DNA of 64,000 nucleotides from Chloroflexota bacterium (GCA_027623195.1 JAQBUT010000017.1:1-64000), one strand, 5' to 3'. Shown: positions 8,705 to 18,612, numbered from the stretch's first letter. Program-made: numbers and translations. Notes: a model not told the origin generated them from the sequence alone.

Positions 8705-11290
8705 TTACTCGCACTTCGTGTAGCCGCACTCCAGGCAGCGAATGCAGCCCTCCTGGTGGACCACACGGCCTGTGCACTTGGGACACGCCGCTCCGTTGGA
8801 TATGTATCCCCTGGCCGTAGGCTCAACCAACTCCACTGCGCTGAACATATCTGGCTGCGAGCCGCCGTCGTCGTCATTCGTAGGCGCTGAACTAATGCCC
8901 TGGATGTGCCGCCTCAGCACGTGGGCCAGGCCATCTTCAGCCGAGCGGATTAGCACGCCGTTGTCCCACACAGGCTCGGACGTGATACCACTAAGCTGCT
9001 CGATAATAGTGTCCGGCGACACGCCGGAGCGCAGGGCCAGGGACACCATGCGCGATAGACCCTCCAGATGCGCAGGCTCGCTGCCGCCCGCCTTGCCTAT
9101 GTTCGTGAACAGCTCGAAAGGCTTGCCATTTTCGTCGAAGTTCACCGTCACGTACATTGTGCCGTGACCCGTGCGAACCCGTTCCGTTACGCCGCGAACC
9201 GTATCGGGGCGGGACCTGGGAAACAGCAGCTGTCCCTGGTTGTGCAACATCTCTCCGTCAGGCGTCGAGATATTATTCTGCAACGTTGCTCCGTTGGACG
9301 TCGCAACATGGCCCGTCTCCAGCACCTGCATGGCCTTGGAGCCATCGCGGTACACCGTCACAGCTTTGCACTTCGTATCCCACGCCAGCCGGTACGCGTC
9401 CTTCACATCCTGCAACGTTGCGCTGTTGGGCAGGTTAATAGTCTTGGAAACCGAATTGGTTACGTGCTTCTGCCAGGTGGCCTGCATGTTCACGTGGGCC
9501 TCGGCATTGATGAGCATAGACGTCCGGAAGGTATCCGGGTCTATGCCGTGCTCCGCGAAGATGCGCTCGGCGTCATCAGGGCTGTCTGCAAGCTGGCCGA
9601 CGACCTCTCTGACCTTTTCCTCCGAGCCAAGGCGATCAAGCAGCGCCTCCCAAACAGACTTGGGCGCGTCCAGAAGCCGGACGCCAGCCTCGCCGGAGCC
9701 CTCTCCCTCGCCACCGGACCAGAGTACATTGGACCACCAGGCGTTGGCGAAGTGAGGCTCTATGCCCGACGAGCAGTCCGCCAGTCGGCTAATTGTCCCC
9801 GTGGGGGCAATAGTGATAACGCTGGAGTTGCGCACCGGAGGCAGGCCGCGTTCCTTGAGAGCGGAGGCCTCGTACTGCGGAAAGGGACCGCGGTCCTTGG
9901 CAAGATTGGCCGACTCGTTCCACGCCGTGTCGTGGATGAACCTGCCCACCTCGTCCGCCAAATCCAACGCCCCATCGGAATCGTAAGGCAAGCCCATGCG
10001 GATTAGCGCGTCTGCCCAGCCCATGACACCCAGGCCGATGCGTCGAGTCTGCAGGTTAACCTCCCGCAACTTGGCCAACGGGAACTGGTTCACCTCAATA
10101 ACGTCGTCCAGGAAACGGACGCCCGTGCGTATCGTCTCCTCCAGCAGAGGCCAATCGAAGCTCTGACCGTTGATGTGCTTGTCCAGGTTGATGGAACCGA
10201 GACAGCAGTTGCCGTAGTCCTCCAGAAACTCCTCGCCACAGGGGTTAGAGGTCTGGATGTAGCCCATCTGGGGATTGGGCTGCGTCTCCCACACTCGGTC
10301 CATGAACACCACGCCGGGGTCACCTGTCTTCCAGGCCGATTCGCATATCTCGTTCCACAGGTCTCGCGCTCTAACTGTACGCATTACCTCGTTGGTGGGA
10401 CCGTCGCCGGAGTTGCGGGGATTGATCAGATCCCAATCATCATCGTTGTCCACGGCATGCATGAAGGCGTCCGTAATCTGCACCGAGATGTTGAAGTTCT
10501 GCAGGGTATTGTCGCCGTCTTTGCAGCAAATGAACTCCTGGATATCAGGATGGCTGATGATGAGCTGACCCATGTGCGCGCCCAACCGGAACGCACCCTG
10601 CGTGAGCGTAGCGCCCACAGCCGAGTACAGCTTCATTACGGATATGGGACCGCAGGCCTCGCCGTGAGTGGTGGCGATGCGGTCGCTCTTGGGCCGCAGG
10701 TTGGAGAAGCCAAAGCCGATTCCGCCGCCCCACTTCTCTATCATTGCGGCGTCGCTGGCCACCTCCATAATGGAGTTCATGTCGTCCTGAGGCGACACGA
10801 CGAAGCAGGCCGAGAGGCAGCCCTTGCCGTCGGTGCCGGCGTTAACCAGCGTCGGCGAGTTAGGCAAGAACTTTAACGAGGTCATTAGGTTATAGAAGCG
10901 CGAACCCCACTTCTGTTGAAGCGCAGGAGTCTTCTCGCCCAAAGCAATGGCACTGGCGACCCGATGAAACAGACCTTCGGCCGTTTCCGCAGGCTGACCG
11001 TCAGCGTCCTTAATCAGGTAGCGCTTGGCCAGAATGACCTTGGCATTCTCAGATAGGTCAAGCTGACCAGACACCGTGAGGTTATTTGGCGACACCATAT
11101 CGGATACCTCGCTGGAAGAGTTTATTTGCAGTTCGGCCATCACATACGCGAGTTTTTCGCGTGATATGCCATGTGTGTCAAGCACTTTCATCATATCACT
11201 GGTCAGGGCGGGAGGCACGGCCTCGGCCTGCTCCTGGGACTCGTCGGTGGCTGATGCGGGTTCTCCGTCTGCGCTACGGTCCTTTAACAC
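8705..11290 (-). CDS. nrdJ: Adenosylcobalamin-dependent (class II) ribonucleotide reductase
   Basis: FLPNSPTL.NAG, LSACFV, GGGIG, SNPCGE, CCLGSINL, RRIGLGVMG, IAPTGTIS, SKTINLP; C-terminal TSCPD-like domain and CPKC..C..C zinc site. Confidence 0.95.
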   Translation of the reverse strand: MLKDRSADGEPASATDESQEQAEAVPPALTSDMMKVLDTHGISREKLAYVMAELQINSSSEVSDMVSPNNLTVSGQLDLSENAKVILAKRYLIKDADGQPAETAEGLFHRVASAIALGEKTPALQQKWGSRFYNLMTSLKFLPNSPTLVNAGTDGKGCLSACFVVSPQDDMNSIMEVASDAAMIEKWGGGIGFGFSNLRPKSDRIATTHGEACGPISVMKLYSAVGATLTQGAFRLGAHMGQLIISHPDIQEFICCKDGDNTLQNFNISVQITDAFMHAVDNDDDWDLINPRNSGDGPTNEVMRTVRARDLWNEICESAWKTGDPGVVFMDRVWETQPNPQMGYIQTSNPCGEEFLEDYGNCCLGSINLDKHINGQSFDWPLLEETIRTGVRFLDDVIEVNQFPLAKLREVNLQTRRIGLGVMGWADALIRMGLPYDSDGALDLADEVGRFIHDTAWNESANLAKDRGPFPQYEASALKERGLPPVRNSSVITIAPTGTISRLADCSSGIEPHFANAWWSNVLWSGGEGEGSGEAGVRLLDAPKSVWEALLDRLGSEEKVREVVGQLADSPDDAERIFAEHGIDPDTFRTSMLINAEAHVNMQATWQKHVTNSVSKTINLPNSATLQDVKDAYRLAWDTKCKAVTVYRDGSKAMQVLETGHVATSNGATLQNNISTPDGEMLHNQGQLLFPRSRPDTVRGVTERVRTGHGTMYVTVNFDENGKPFELFTNIGKAGGSEPAHLEGLSRMVSLALRSGVSPDTIIEQLSGITSEPVWDNGVLIRSAEDGLAHVLRRHIQGISSAPTNDDDGGSQPDMFSAVELVEPTARGYISNGAACPKCTGRVVHQEGCIRCLECGYTKCE

Positions 11291-11472
11291 GATTTTCTCC
11301 TGACACTGATATGAGTGATGATTTCATTTAATAATGGGAATCGCCTATTCAATTAATGACGATTTCCTTGTCGACTACGACACACCAACTCTTATTAGCA
11401 GTCAGTGACGCAGCTTCGTTGCCTGACCAGGCCCTTATTTGCTTCCCCAACGCCCCAACAATAACACAAAAC

Positions 11473-11486
11473 AGAACAATTGTTCC
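11473..11486. promoter_or_regulatory. LexA (SOS) box upstream of nrdJ
   Basis: AGAAC-AATT-GTTCC, a perfect GAAC-N4-GTTC palindrome of the Firmicutes/Actinobacteria/Chloroflexi type. Confidence 0.65.
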
Positions 11487-11547
11487 AGGCATCGGAGAAA
11501 CCTATCCAGAAAACTCCGAAGGGGCTAGTAATCCAGTCGTCAGAATA

Positions 11548-12117
11548 CTAGGCTATGGAGTCGCCGGATGCCTTTTTAGGACGACCCTTACGACGCTTGG
11601 AGGACGGCTCGTCCACCTCAACGTCATCTAAGAACGAGAGTTGATTGACAGGGACAGTAGGCACGGTCTCCCGGGGTTCCAGGAGCGCCTCGATCTCTTC
11701 CCTAAAACTCTCGATGTCACGAAAATCCCTATAGATGCTGGCAAACCGGATGTAGGCCACCCTGTCCATGTCCCGCAGCCTATCCATAACCAGCTCACCA
11801 ATGGCGTCCGACGGGACCTCCGCCTTGCCAAAGCCAACAACCTCGGCCTCGATGGCTTCCACCACCTTATCTATGCTGCCGGTGGGCAGAGGAAGCTTGG
11901 CGCAGGCCTTGCTCAGGCTCGTCCACAGCTTGTCGCGATGGAACTCCTCACGCCGCCCGTCCCGTTTGATGACCATGACAGCGTTCGTCTGCACGCGCTC
12001 GTACGTGGTGAACCTACGACTGCAGGCCAGGCACTCCCGCCGACGACGTATGCCGTCGCCAGAGTCCCTGGAGTCGATCACCTTGGAGTCGTCGTTATTG
12101 CAGAACGGACAGAGCAT
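11548..12117 (-). CDS. nrdR: Transcriptional repressor NrdR
   Basis: CPFC..SKVIDSR..IRRRREC..C..RFTTYE, ATP cone, VAYIRFASIYR. Confidence 0.97.
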   Translation of the reverse strand: MLCPFCNNDDSKVIDSRDSGDGIRRRRECLACSRRFTTYERVQTNAVMVIKRDGRREEFHRDKLWTSLSKACAKLPLPTGSIDKVVEAIEAEVVGFGKAEVPSDAIGELVMDRLRDMDRVAYIRFASIYRDFRDIESFREEIEALLEPRETVPTVPVNQLSFLDDVEVDEPSSKRRKGRPKKASGDSIA

Positions 12118-12154
12118 TTACTACCTTAACTAAGCCTTACCAATTATTAAATAA

Positions 12155-12231
12155 CCACAATCTGTAGATAAGTATGATTACGCTACCACTACATATTGAG
12201 TTGTGTCAATGGATTGTGCTACATTTTGTGC
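12155..12231. promoter_or_regulatory. Three tandem NrdR boxes
   Basis: Cores CAATCTGTAG (12158), CTACATATTG (12189) and CTACATTTTG (12219) fit CwAnATaTwG with 31- and 30-bp spacing, upstream of nrdR-nrdJ. Confidence 0.75.
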
Positions 12232-12272
12232 GGTTGGTTTTTCGGAATACTATAGACGAACAAACTCAGTCC

Positions 12273-12298
12273 TTGACAATGTTAAGTACATTTGTTCT
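12273..12298 (+). promoter_or_regulatory. -35 TTGACA element with an adjacent LexA-like box
   Basis: TTGACA at 12273-12278; AGTAC-ATTT-GTTCT at 12285-12298 (one mismatch to AGAAC-N4-GTTCT). Confidence 0.5.
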
Positions 12299-12354
12299 AC
12301 TACGAAAGCCAGCCAACTTTAAATTTGCAAAAACAACAACGGGCTGGAGAAATA

Positions 12355-12690
12355 ATGGCAAAGGTAGAAACCAAGGAATGGCCGGAATGGAATCGGCGGC
12401 GAGACCCTGAACTCTGGGACTTTTACGCCGAGCAGCTTCTGGAGCCCGGCTGGGCAGGCGAGCTTACAGAGTCCGAGTTCGATTACCTCGAAAGCAAACT
12501 CAAACGGTACAAGCGCCTCAGGAACAAATGGGGGTTCCAGTCCGAGGACGACATCTTATCTCCGGAGGCCATTCAGACGGTGGCCATGTCCGGCGACCCC
12601 GAAGACTCGTCGTTCAACGCGGGGCTGGTGAGGGGCATGGAGATAGAGGACGAGTCCCATAATATCGAGGAGTCTGCGGAGGCATCCTAG
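12355..12690 (+). CDS. Hypothetical acidic protein
   Basis: ATG 12355 with a GGAGA RBS; open frame upstream of ssb; no motif recognised. Confidence 0.7.
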   Translation: MAKVETKEWPEWNRRRDPELWDFYAEQLLEPGWAGELTESEFDYLESKLKRYKRLRNKWGFQSEDDILSPEAIQTVAMSGDPEDSSFNAGLVRGMEIEDESHNIEESAEAS

Positions 12691-12810
12691 CCTAGAGCTT
12701 ACCTTCCCTGCCATTTCACAGGCGCTCTTTAGTGCTGACGAGGGTAGCTTACACTGGCGTCAGCCTAGCAGATCGCACATGGCCGAATAATCAGAAAAAG
12801 GTGGGGAAGA

Positions 12811-13236
12811 ATGGCTAGCTTGAATCAACTGATGCTTATAGGCAATGTGGGCACTGACCCAGACATGCGTTACACACCCAACGGCAAGCCCGTTACGACC
12901 TTTCGTCTTGCGGTGACGCGCCGCTTCAATGGCCCTGACGGCGAAAGGCAGGACGACACCGAGTGGTTCACCGCCGTTGCCTGGAACGCCTTGGCTGAGC
13001 AGTGCAACCAGTGGCTCACCAAGGGACGACGCGTCTTCATCGAGGGCCGGATAAAGAGCAACACCTGGACGGGAGCCGATGGCGCTACCCGATTCGGCAA
13101 CGAGATTATCGCGTCTAGAGTGCTGTTCTTGGACCGTGGCGAGGGCCAGTCCGGTGACGCCCAACCCCAACGACAGCCCGTAGCGGCCCAAGTATCAGAG
13201 TCATCTGAGTCCTCCGACGATGACCTCCCCTGGTAA
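12811..13236 (+). CDS. ssb: Single-stranded DNA-binding protein
   Basis: LNQLMLIGNVG.DP.MRYT..G..V..F.LA, OB fold, acidic DDDLPW tail. Confidence 0.97.
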   Translation: MASLNQLMLIGNVGTDPDMRYTPNGKPVTTFRLAVTRRFNGPDGERQDDTEWFTAVAWNALAEQCNQWLTKGRRVFIEGRIKSNTWTGADGATRFGNEIIASRVLFLDRGEGQSGDAQPQRQPVAAQVSESSESSDDDLPW

Positions 13237-13357
13237 CTTTTGGTTTGTCTGGCAAATCAACACCGGCGTTCGTAAATTGGAGTCTTGGATAACCTCGATC
13301 TTGCTTACAAAGCTTCAATCGGAATAGCTGGGTAATCCAATAACAAAGGACAAAAAT

Positions 13358-13753
13358 ATGGAAAAGACTACGCTTCAGCCCTCCGGCATTCACCAGCCAT
13401 TTAGCTCCTACTCTCACGGCATAGCAGTCGATGGCGCTAATCGCATCATATTCTGTGCAGGCCAGGTCGCAGCCGACGCCCAGGGCAACCTCGTGGGCGA
13501 GAACGACTTCGACGCGCAGGTGGAGCAGGTAGTGGCCAACATGCGCGCGGTACTGGCCGAGGCCAACGCTACCCTTGAGGACGTGGTGCAGGTCACCATG
13601 TACGTGGTGAATCAGGAGAATGCTCCTAAGGCCAGGAGAATCTTGCAGGATCACTTCGACCACATTCGACCTGCCAGCACCCTGTGCGTTCTTGCGGGCT
13701 TGGCGGACCCTCGCATGCTGGTGGAGATTACCGCCTTCGCTGTTGTAGGTTAG
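13358..13753 (+). CDS. RidA/YjgF family protein
   Basis: YSHG, AGQVA, RPAST, LVEI.A.A motifs. Confidence 0.9.
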   Translation: MEKTTLQPSGIHQPFSSYSHGIAVDGANRIIFCAGQVAADAQGNLVGENDFDAQVEQVVANMRAVLAEANATLEDVVQVTMYVVNQENAPKARRILQDHFDHIRPASTLCVLAGLADPRMLVEITAFAVVG

Positions 13754-13797
13754 AATTCTTTCTGAAAATCTTCGACAAAGCGAAACAAGCTTCAAAG

Positions 13798-13829
13798 AAA
13801 AAGGGGCAGGCCTAAGGCCTGCCCCTTTT
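13798..13829. terminator. Bidirectional intrinsic terminator
   Basis: AAAAA-GGGGCAGGCC-TAA-GGCCTGCCCC-TTTT between convergent genes. Confidence 0.85.
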
Positions 13830-13850
13830 CGCGTTCTCTATTGAAACGGG

Positions 13851-14984
13851 TTACCTGGCTACGAAGTCGAACTGCTCGTAATTGCCTCCGGTTATGGAGA
13901 CCGGGTCCAGGCCCATCCACCTGTCCATTATCGTAGAGTAGGTGCCGCGGAAGTCGTTGGTGAAGCGCATATCGCCCTGCACCTGCTGGTCCTCCTCCAG
14001 TGAGGGGAAATCGCCGTAGAAGCCACCCTCTACGTCTCCGCCTATGACGAAGGCAACGCCTCCGGAGCCGTGGTCCGTGCCGGCGCCGTTGTCCTTGATG
14101 CGCCTGCCGAACTCCGAGAACAGCAATACCACAGTGTCCTTATCCATGCCGTGCTCTTTCATGTCGTCCATGAAGTCGCCTACGGCTCCGGATACCTCAT
14201 TCCACAATTTGGTATGGGCGTTAATCTCCGACGCGTGGGTGTCGAAGCTGCCGTGCTGTGTGTAGAAGATGCGTGTGCCCAAATCGGCAGTCATCACCTG
14301 GGCAATGGCCTTCATGTTCCCTGCAATTGCGTTGTCGGCGTACTCGACGCTGGAAGAGTACCGCTGAGGGGCAACCCGTAACGTATCGGCTCCCTTTAGA
14401 GCATCGGTGCCTGTCTGCGAGATGAACTTGGCGATGACATCTTTGCCCGACCCACCGTACATCTGCGAAAAGGCCTCCAATGCCAGGTTACGCGCAGCAT
14501 CGTCCTTGATGTCCGGGAACAGCCCGTAGGTCTCCAGGTTGCCTACAGACGCGACAGGCACACCCTGGGCGTACATGGCCCTTGGGAGACCTCTGCCAAA
14601 ATTAACACCCGTCAGAACGTTCTCAGCTTTCGGGTCTAGGTCCCGAACAGCCTTGCCCAGCCATCCTTCCGATGCAATCGCTTCGCTTTCGGCTGTGTGC
14701 CAAACGTCCATGGAGCGAAAGTGCGAGCGGTTGGGATTTGGATAGCCCACCCCACAGATGACAGCAACCTTGCCGTTGTCCCAAAGGCTCTTGATAGGGG
14801 CCAAGCTGGGATTCAGGCCTAGCTTGTCATTCAGCTTCAGCACGTCGTCTTGGGCGATGTTCACGTAGGGCCTGTTATCGTAGTAGTTGCCATCGTTGTA
14901 CGGTATTACTGTGTTCAGAGCGTCGTTACCGCCGGATAGCTGCAGCACCACGACGTTTTTCTTTCCCTTTACTTCATTCGCCAT
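13851..14984 (-). CDS. DUF1501 domain protein
   Basis: LSGGND.LN, PNRSHFRS..W, FDTH, FSEFGRR...N..GTDHG, DFR. Confidence 0.88.
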   Translation of the reverse strand: MANEVKGKKNVVVLQLSGGNDALNTVIPYNDGNYYDNRPYVNIAQDDVLKLNDKLGLNPSLAPIKSLWDNGKVAVICGVGYPNPNRSHFRSMDVWHTAESEAIASEGWLGKAVRDLDPKAENVLTGVNFGRGLPRAMYAQGVPVASVGNLETYGLFPDIKDDAARNLALEAFSQMYGGSGKDVIAKFISQTGTDALKGADTLRVAPQRYSSSVEYADNAIAGNMKAIAQVMTADLGTRIFYTQHGSFDTHASEINAHTKLWNEVSGAVGDFMDDMKEHGMDKDTVVLLFSEFGRRIKDNGAGTDHGSGGVAFVIGGDVEGGFYGDFPSLEEDQQVQGDMRFTNDFRGTYSTIMDRWMGLDPVSITGGNYEQFDFVAR

Positions 14985-15061
14985 TACTTCCCTCCAGGTC
15001 CTGTCCGCTGTTCCATCTTTCCGTCATTTTAACGCATCCCGCAACGTAACCGACAAACCGG

Positions 15062-16078
15062 CTACGCACGCTGGTATATCTGCAATCTATGCCTGTTGCT
15101 CTCCGTCACGTAAAGCCTGCCTTGGCCATCCAACTTCACCGAAGTCGGCGCCCAAAAATACTTTTCTATGTGAGATGAGACCTCGTGAGGATCGTCGACG
15201 AAGTAGTCGATGTCCTTTTCCATGTCGGCCTCGGTCCGAGCCTTCGCTTCCTCCACATTGATGCGCAAGAAGTCCTCAGCCCACTTGGAGTCCGTCGCCT
15301 CGCCCCTGAGGCTCTGCAAGAAATTGCCCTCTACATCAAAAACCTGCACTCGTTCGTTGCCCCAGTCGGCCACATACAGATGGCCATCTTGGTCAACGGT
15401 CATGCTGGCAGGCCTATGCAACTCCCCATCGCACCGGCCAGGCTTGCCGTACTTGGCAATAAAGTTTCCGTCGGGCGAGAACTTCTGAATACGATCGTTG
15501 CCCCAATCGGCTACAAGGATATCCCCGTTGCCATCAACCGCAATTCCCCACGGCAATTCGAACTCTCCGTCTCCTGCGCCCTTTGAGCCAAAACCGGAAA
15601 GATAAACACCATCTCTGGTGAAACGTTGCACGCGGTGGTTCTGGTGATCCACTACCAGCAAAATGCCTTCGGCATCAAACGCCAGGCCTGAAGGGCCATC
15701 CAGCTCCCCAGGTTCTGCGCCGGTCTTGCCCCACGTGCTTCGAGGCTTCCATTCAGAATCGAAAATCACAATGCGATTAGTGTACTCGTCAGCCACATAC
15801 GTATTGCCGTCGGCGTCTCGCTCAATGGCAGTAGGCCAAACGAACTGGCCATCGCCTGTGCCGTGCTCGCCAAAGGTGCCGAAGTACTGGCTGTCGAGGT
15901 CGTACACGGTGACTCTAAGCCCTCGCACATCGCCATCCAGCGAGCGGCTCACCGTATAGAGCCTCCCATCGCCGTCAATCACGGTGTCCACGGGATAATA
16001 GAAGCCCCGCCCCTCCATGGTAGATAGGCCTATGGAATGGCTGTACTGAAGTCTAGAATGTAATTGGCTAGTGGTCAT
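15062..16078 (-). CDS. NHL-repeat beta-propeller protein
   Basis: Repeated G.F..P.G.A.D..G..YVAD..N.RIQ.F units. Confidence 0.88.
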   Translation of the reverse strand: MTTSQLHSRLQYSHSIGLSTMEGRGFYYPVDTVIDGDGRLYTVSRSLDGDVRGLRVTVYDLDSQYFGTFGEHGTGDGQFVWPTAIERDADGNTYVADEYTNRIVIFDSEWKPRSTWGKTGAEPGELDGPSGLAFDAEGILLVVDHQNHRVQRFTRDGVYLSGFGSKGAGDGEFELPWGIAVDGNGDILVADWGNDRIQKFSPDGNFIAKYGKPGRCDGELHRPASMTVDQDGHLYVADWGNERVQVFDVEGNFLQSLRGEATDSKWAEDFLRINVEEAKARTEADMEKDIDYFVDDPHEVSSHIEKYFWAPTSVKLDGQGRLYVTESNRHRLQIYQRA

Positions 16079-16182
16079 GACAATGCCTCAAAATACCTCT
16101 CCCCTGCGCCATCGCATTCTAGCGTAATTTCAATGCGTCCCCTCCCCGTCGGTGGAGATAGGAAACAGGGTTGAGGTCGCTA

Positions 16183-17631
16183 CTAGGACCTCTGGAATTC
16201 GTGCGAAGCGGCCACCATCTGGAACATCTGGGCTACGCGCTGCTGAGCGGCTTCATCCACATTCTCAGGGCTGACGTGAAGCTCTCCACCCTGAACCGCG
16301 AAGTTCTCCAGCGTCTCCCTGGTGTCATCTGATACCGTCACGACGCCCAGCACATCCAGGCAGGCTTCTACCAGTCGTGCAGGGGATATTATGCCATCTC
16401 CTGTTGAGATGACTTTGCTTATCATGCGCCGGACGCCGGGTTTGCCAATGTCGCCCAGTTGCCCGGTAGCAAAGTTCAGCCTTTCCACCAGCGTACCGGT
16501 GTCGATCCACTCTGGTCCCTGGTGCCATCCTTCCACACTGGGTGGATTTATAAGGAACTGGCCCATGAATGACATCTGCAGAGCCCTGTCCAGTATCTCC
16601 CTCCGAGGCCTATCGAACTCGTCTGTAAGGCGAAGAACTCCAGCCACCAACTCGGCCGGGCTCTTAACCCTGACGAACCAGTTCGCATCCGACTTGAAGA
16701 AATCGGACGTAAAGAGAGCCCGCAACATAGCGGTGATGTCGTAGTCGTTATCAAAATAGGCCTGAGCCAATATGTCGATCGCCTCAGGGTCGCGGGGTTT
16801 GTTGTAAGGCCACTGCGGCACTGGCGGCTCTTCAGCCACGAAGAAATCGTAGAGGTGCCTGGCGATGAACCGGGCCGTCGACTCTTGTTGGCATATGAGG
16901 TCGACGATGTCCTCGCCGTCGAAATTGCCTGTGTTCCCCAAAAAGTTCTTCTCGCCATCGTCGTGGTCGTCCGCATCGAACTGGAAGTGCCACGCTATCC
17001 GACCGTAAGGCCAGATGGAGTCTCGCTCCGCACGCAAGGCCATGTAATCCTTGTTGCCAAGCGTCCATCCGGTAAAGGCCCGAGAGGCCTCCTTGATGTC
17101 TTCTTCCGTGTAATTGCCGACGCCCAGCGAGAACAGCTCCAGAAGCTCCCTGCCGAAGTTCTCGTTAATAGCGCCTTTGTGATTATCGTGGTTGTCCAGC
17201 CACACAATCATGGCCGGGTCTTTCGCCAGTTCCAAAAGCAACGTCTTAAAGTTGCCCATACCGTAATGGCGGAACATACGAATCTGGTCGTTGAGCACCT
17301 TGCCGTTGGTAATCTTGGGATAGCCAGTGGCGAAGATGGTGTGCCAGAAAAGCGTCATCTTCTCCTGCAAAGGCGCAGTGGTGGAGATCATTTTGTAAAG
17401 CCAGTAAGCGCCAGGGTTTTGCTGACCCATCATGCCGGACTGCTCATGGTGGTAACGACGGATAAGCTCATCCGGTATGGTCTTTACTTCGCTAGGGTTA
17501 AGCAGATGGTCCAATAGGGCGTCATAGCCCTTTGCCGCATACTGCTGCAGCTCATCCCGCGTTGCGCCGAATCCAGCCCTTCGCATCAGGTGAGCGATAA
17601 GCTCAACCTCTCGCCTCGTCTGAACAACCAT
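16183..17631 (-). CDS. DUF1800 domain protein
   Basis: HLMRRAGFG, EKMTLFWH, PAM..WLDN, NENFGRELLELF.LG, VKSPAE, PPSV.GW. Confidence 0.88.
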   Translation of the reverse strand: MVVQTRREVELIAHLMRRAGFGATRDELQQYAAKGYDALLDHLLNPSEVKTIPDELIRRYHHEQSGMMGQQNPGAYWLYKMISTTAPLQEKMTLFWHTIFATGYPKITNGKVLNDQIRMFRHYGMGNFKTLLLELAKDPAMIVWLDNHDNHKGAINENFGRELLELFSLGVGNYTEEDIKEASRAFTGWTLGNKDYMALRAERDSIWPYGRIAWHFQFDADDHDDGEKNFLGNTGNFDGEDIVDLICQQESTARFIARHLYDFFVAEEPPVPQWPYNKPRDPEAIDILAQAYFDNDYDITAMLRALFTSDFFKSDANWFVRVKSPAELVAGVLRLTDEFDRPRREILDRALQMSFMGQFLINPPSVEGWHQGPEWIDTGTLVERLNFATGQLGDIGKPGVRRMISKVISTGDGIISPARLVEACLDVLGVVTVSDDTRETLENFAVQGGELHVSPENVDEAAQQRVAQMFQMVAASHEFQRS

Positions 17632-17946
17632 AACGCCTCCTCAATAGGCCTGCCTGATTTAATACCGGATTGGACCCACATCCGTAATTAGCTCTTAAAC
17701 CAAGCCTGATGACTCCAAAAGAACATCGCCTAGACTCTTGTCACCTAGTGTTTTACCCAAATAATGCAATTGGGCTCTATATCACAGAATTAATGGCGGT
17801 AGTATACCACACGAGTTATTATTTTTGACCTGCGCCAAGTCTTAACGTTTTGACGCCGGTTTCTGCCCTCCCGATACGGCCCCAGTACGGCTCTCCCAGC
17901 TACCTTTCAAGCGTCTTGCCCGAGGCGTTTCGAGTTAGTCAGTAAT

Positions 17947-18612
17947 TTACAGAGCTTTAGGAAAAACCATGATCGTCAGATCGCTGAACTCCGCCTCTTC
18001 CTGAGCCAGGGCACCCAAAATGTAGTCCTGAACACTCTCGTCGTCATGGCATAGACGCTGCAACACGTGCATGGGCGTCTTAGCAGGAATGCCCTCCTCC
18101 AAGAGAATCTTGGCGATGCCCGCTGGCATAAGTTCATATGGACGCGGCAGCAGCAGCACGTTACGCCTGCCTACATTCAGGACATCCACCAGCTCGGCCA
18201 GCGAATCGTCGTTGCCGGCTCTGGCGTGCAGCGTGATGAAGATGGACTCTTCCATATAGAGACCCAGGCGCGAGCATGCCACCTGCACCGAGCTAATGCC
18301 GGGAATCAACACGATCTCGTCCGCCCGTCGCTCGACGCGCTCCACAAGCTCCCTGGCGGAAAAGTTAAGGTCTCCCCAGGCGCAGACGACGCACTTTTTG
18401 CCCTCGGCTGCGCGGGCCGCCACCACATCCAGAACGTCTTCCTGGTCACGGTAGCGCATGGGCAGGGCCTCACCCTTAATCCATCGACTGACTGGCTTCA
18501 GAACAGTCTCGAAACCGGCCACAACGTCTGCCTGGATAATAGCTTCCTTTGCCTTAAGCGTCAACAGGTCGGGGTCTCCAGGCCCTACGCCCAGAACCGT
18601 TATCGTCGTCAA
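17947..18612 (-). CDS. cbiE: Cobalt-precorrin-7 C5-methyltransferase (CbiE-like)
   Basis: Tetrapyrrole methylase GVGPG..LLT and IPGISSVQ.ACSR, ITLH; CbiT is encoded separately. Confidence 0.78.
   Translation of the reverse strand: MTTITVLGVGPGDPDLLTLKAKEAIIQADVVAGFETVLKPVSRWIKGEALPMRYRDQEDVLDVVAARAAEGKKCVVCAWGDLNFSARELVERVERRADEIVLIPGISSVQVACSRLGLYMEESIFITLHARAGNDDSLAELVDVLNVGRRNVLLLPRPYELMPAGIAKILLEEGIPAKTPMHVLQRLCHDDESVQDYILGALAQEEAEFSDLTIMVFPKAL

Noticed and set aside
8705..11290. Intein or intron in nrdJ
   Set aside because: Catalytic motifs are contiguous, the length is ordinary, and no splicing or LAGLIDADG motifs were seen.
524..13236. Prophage, since HU, thyX, dcd, nrdJ, ssb and XRE/ImmA also occur in phages
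   Set aside because: No structural, terminase or integrase genes; interspersed with tex, fpg/nei and nrdR and carrying host NrdR and LexA sites.
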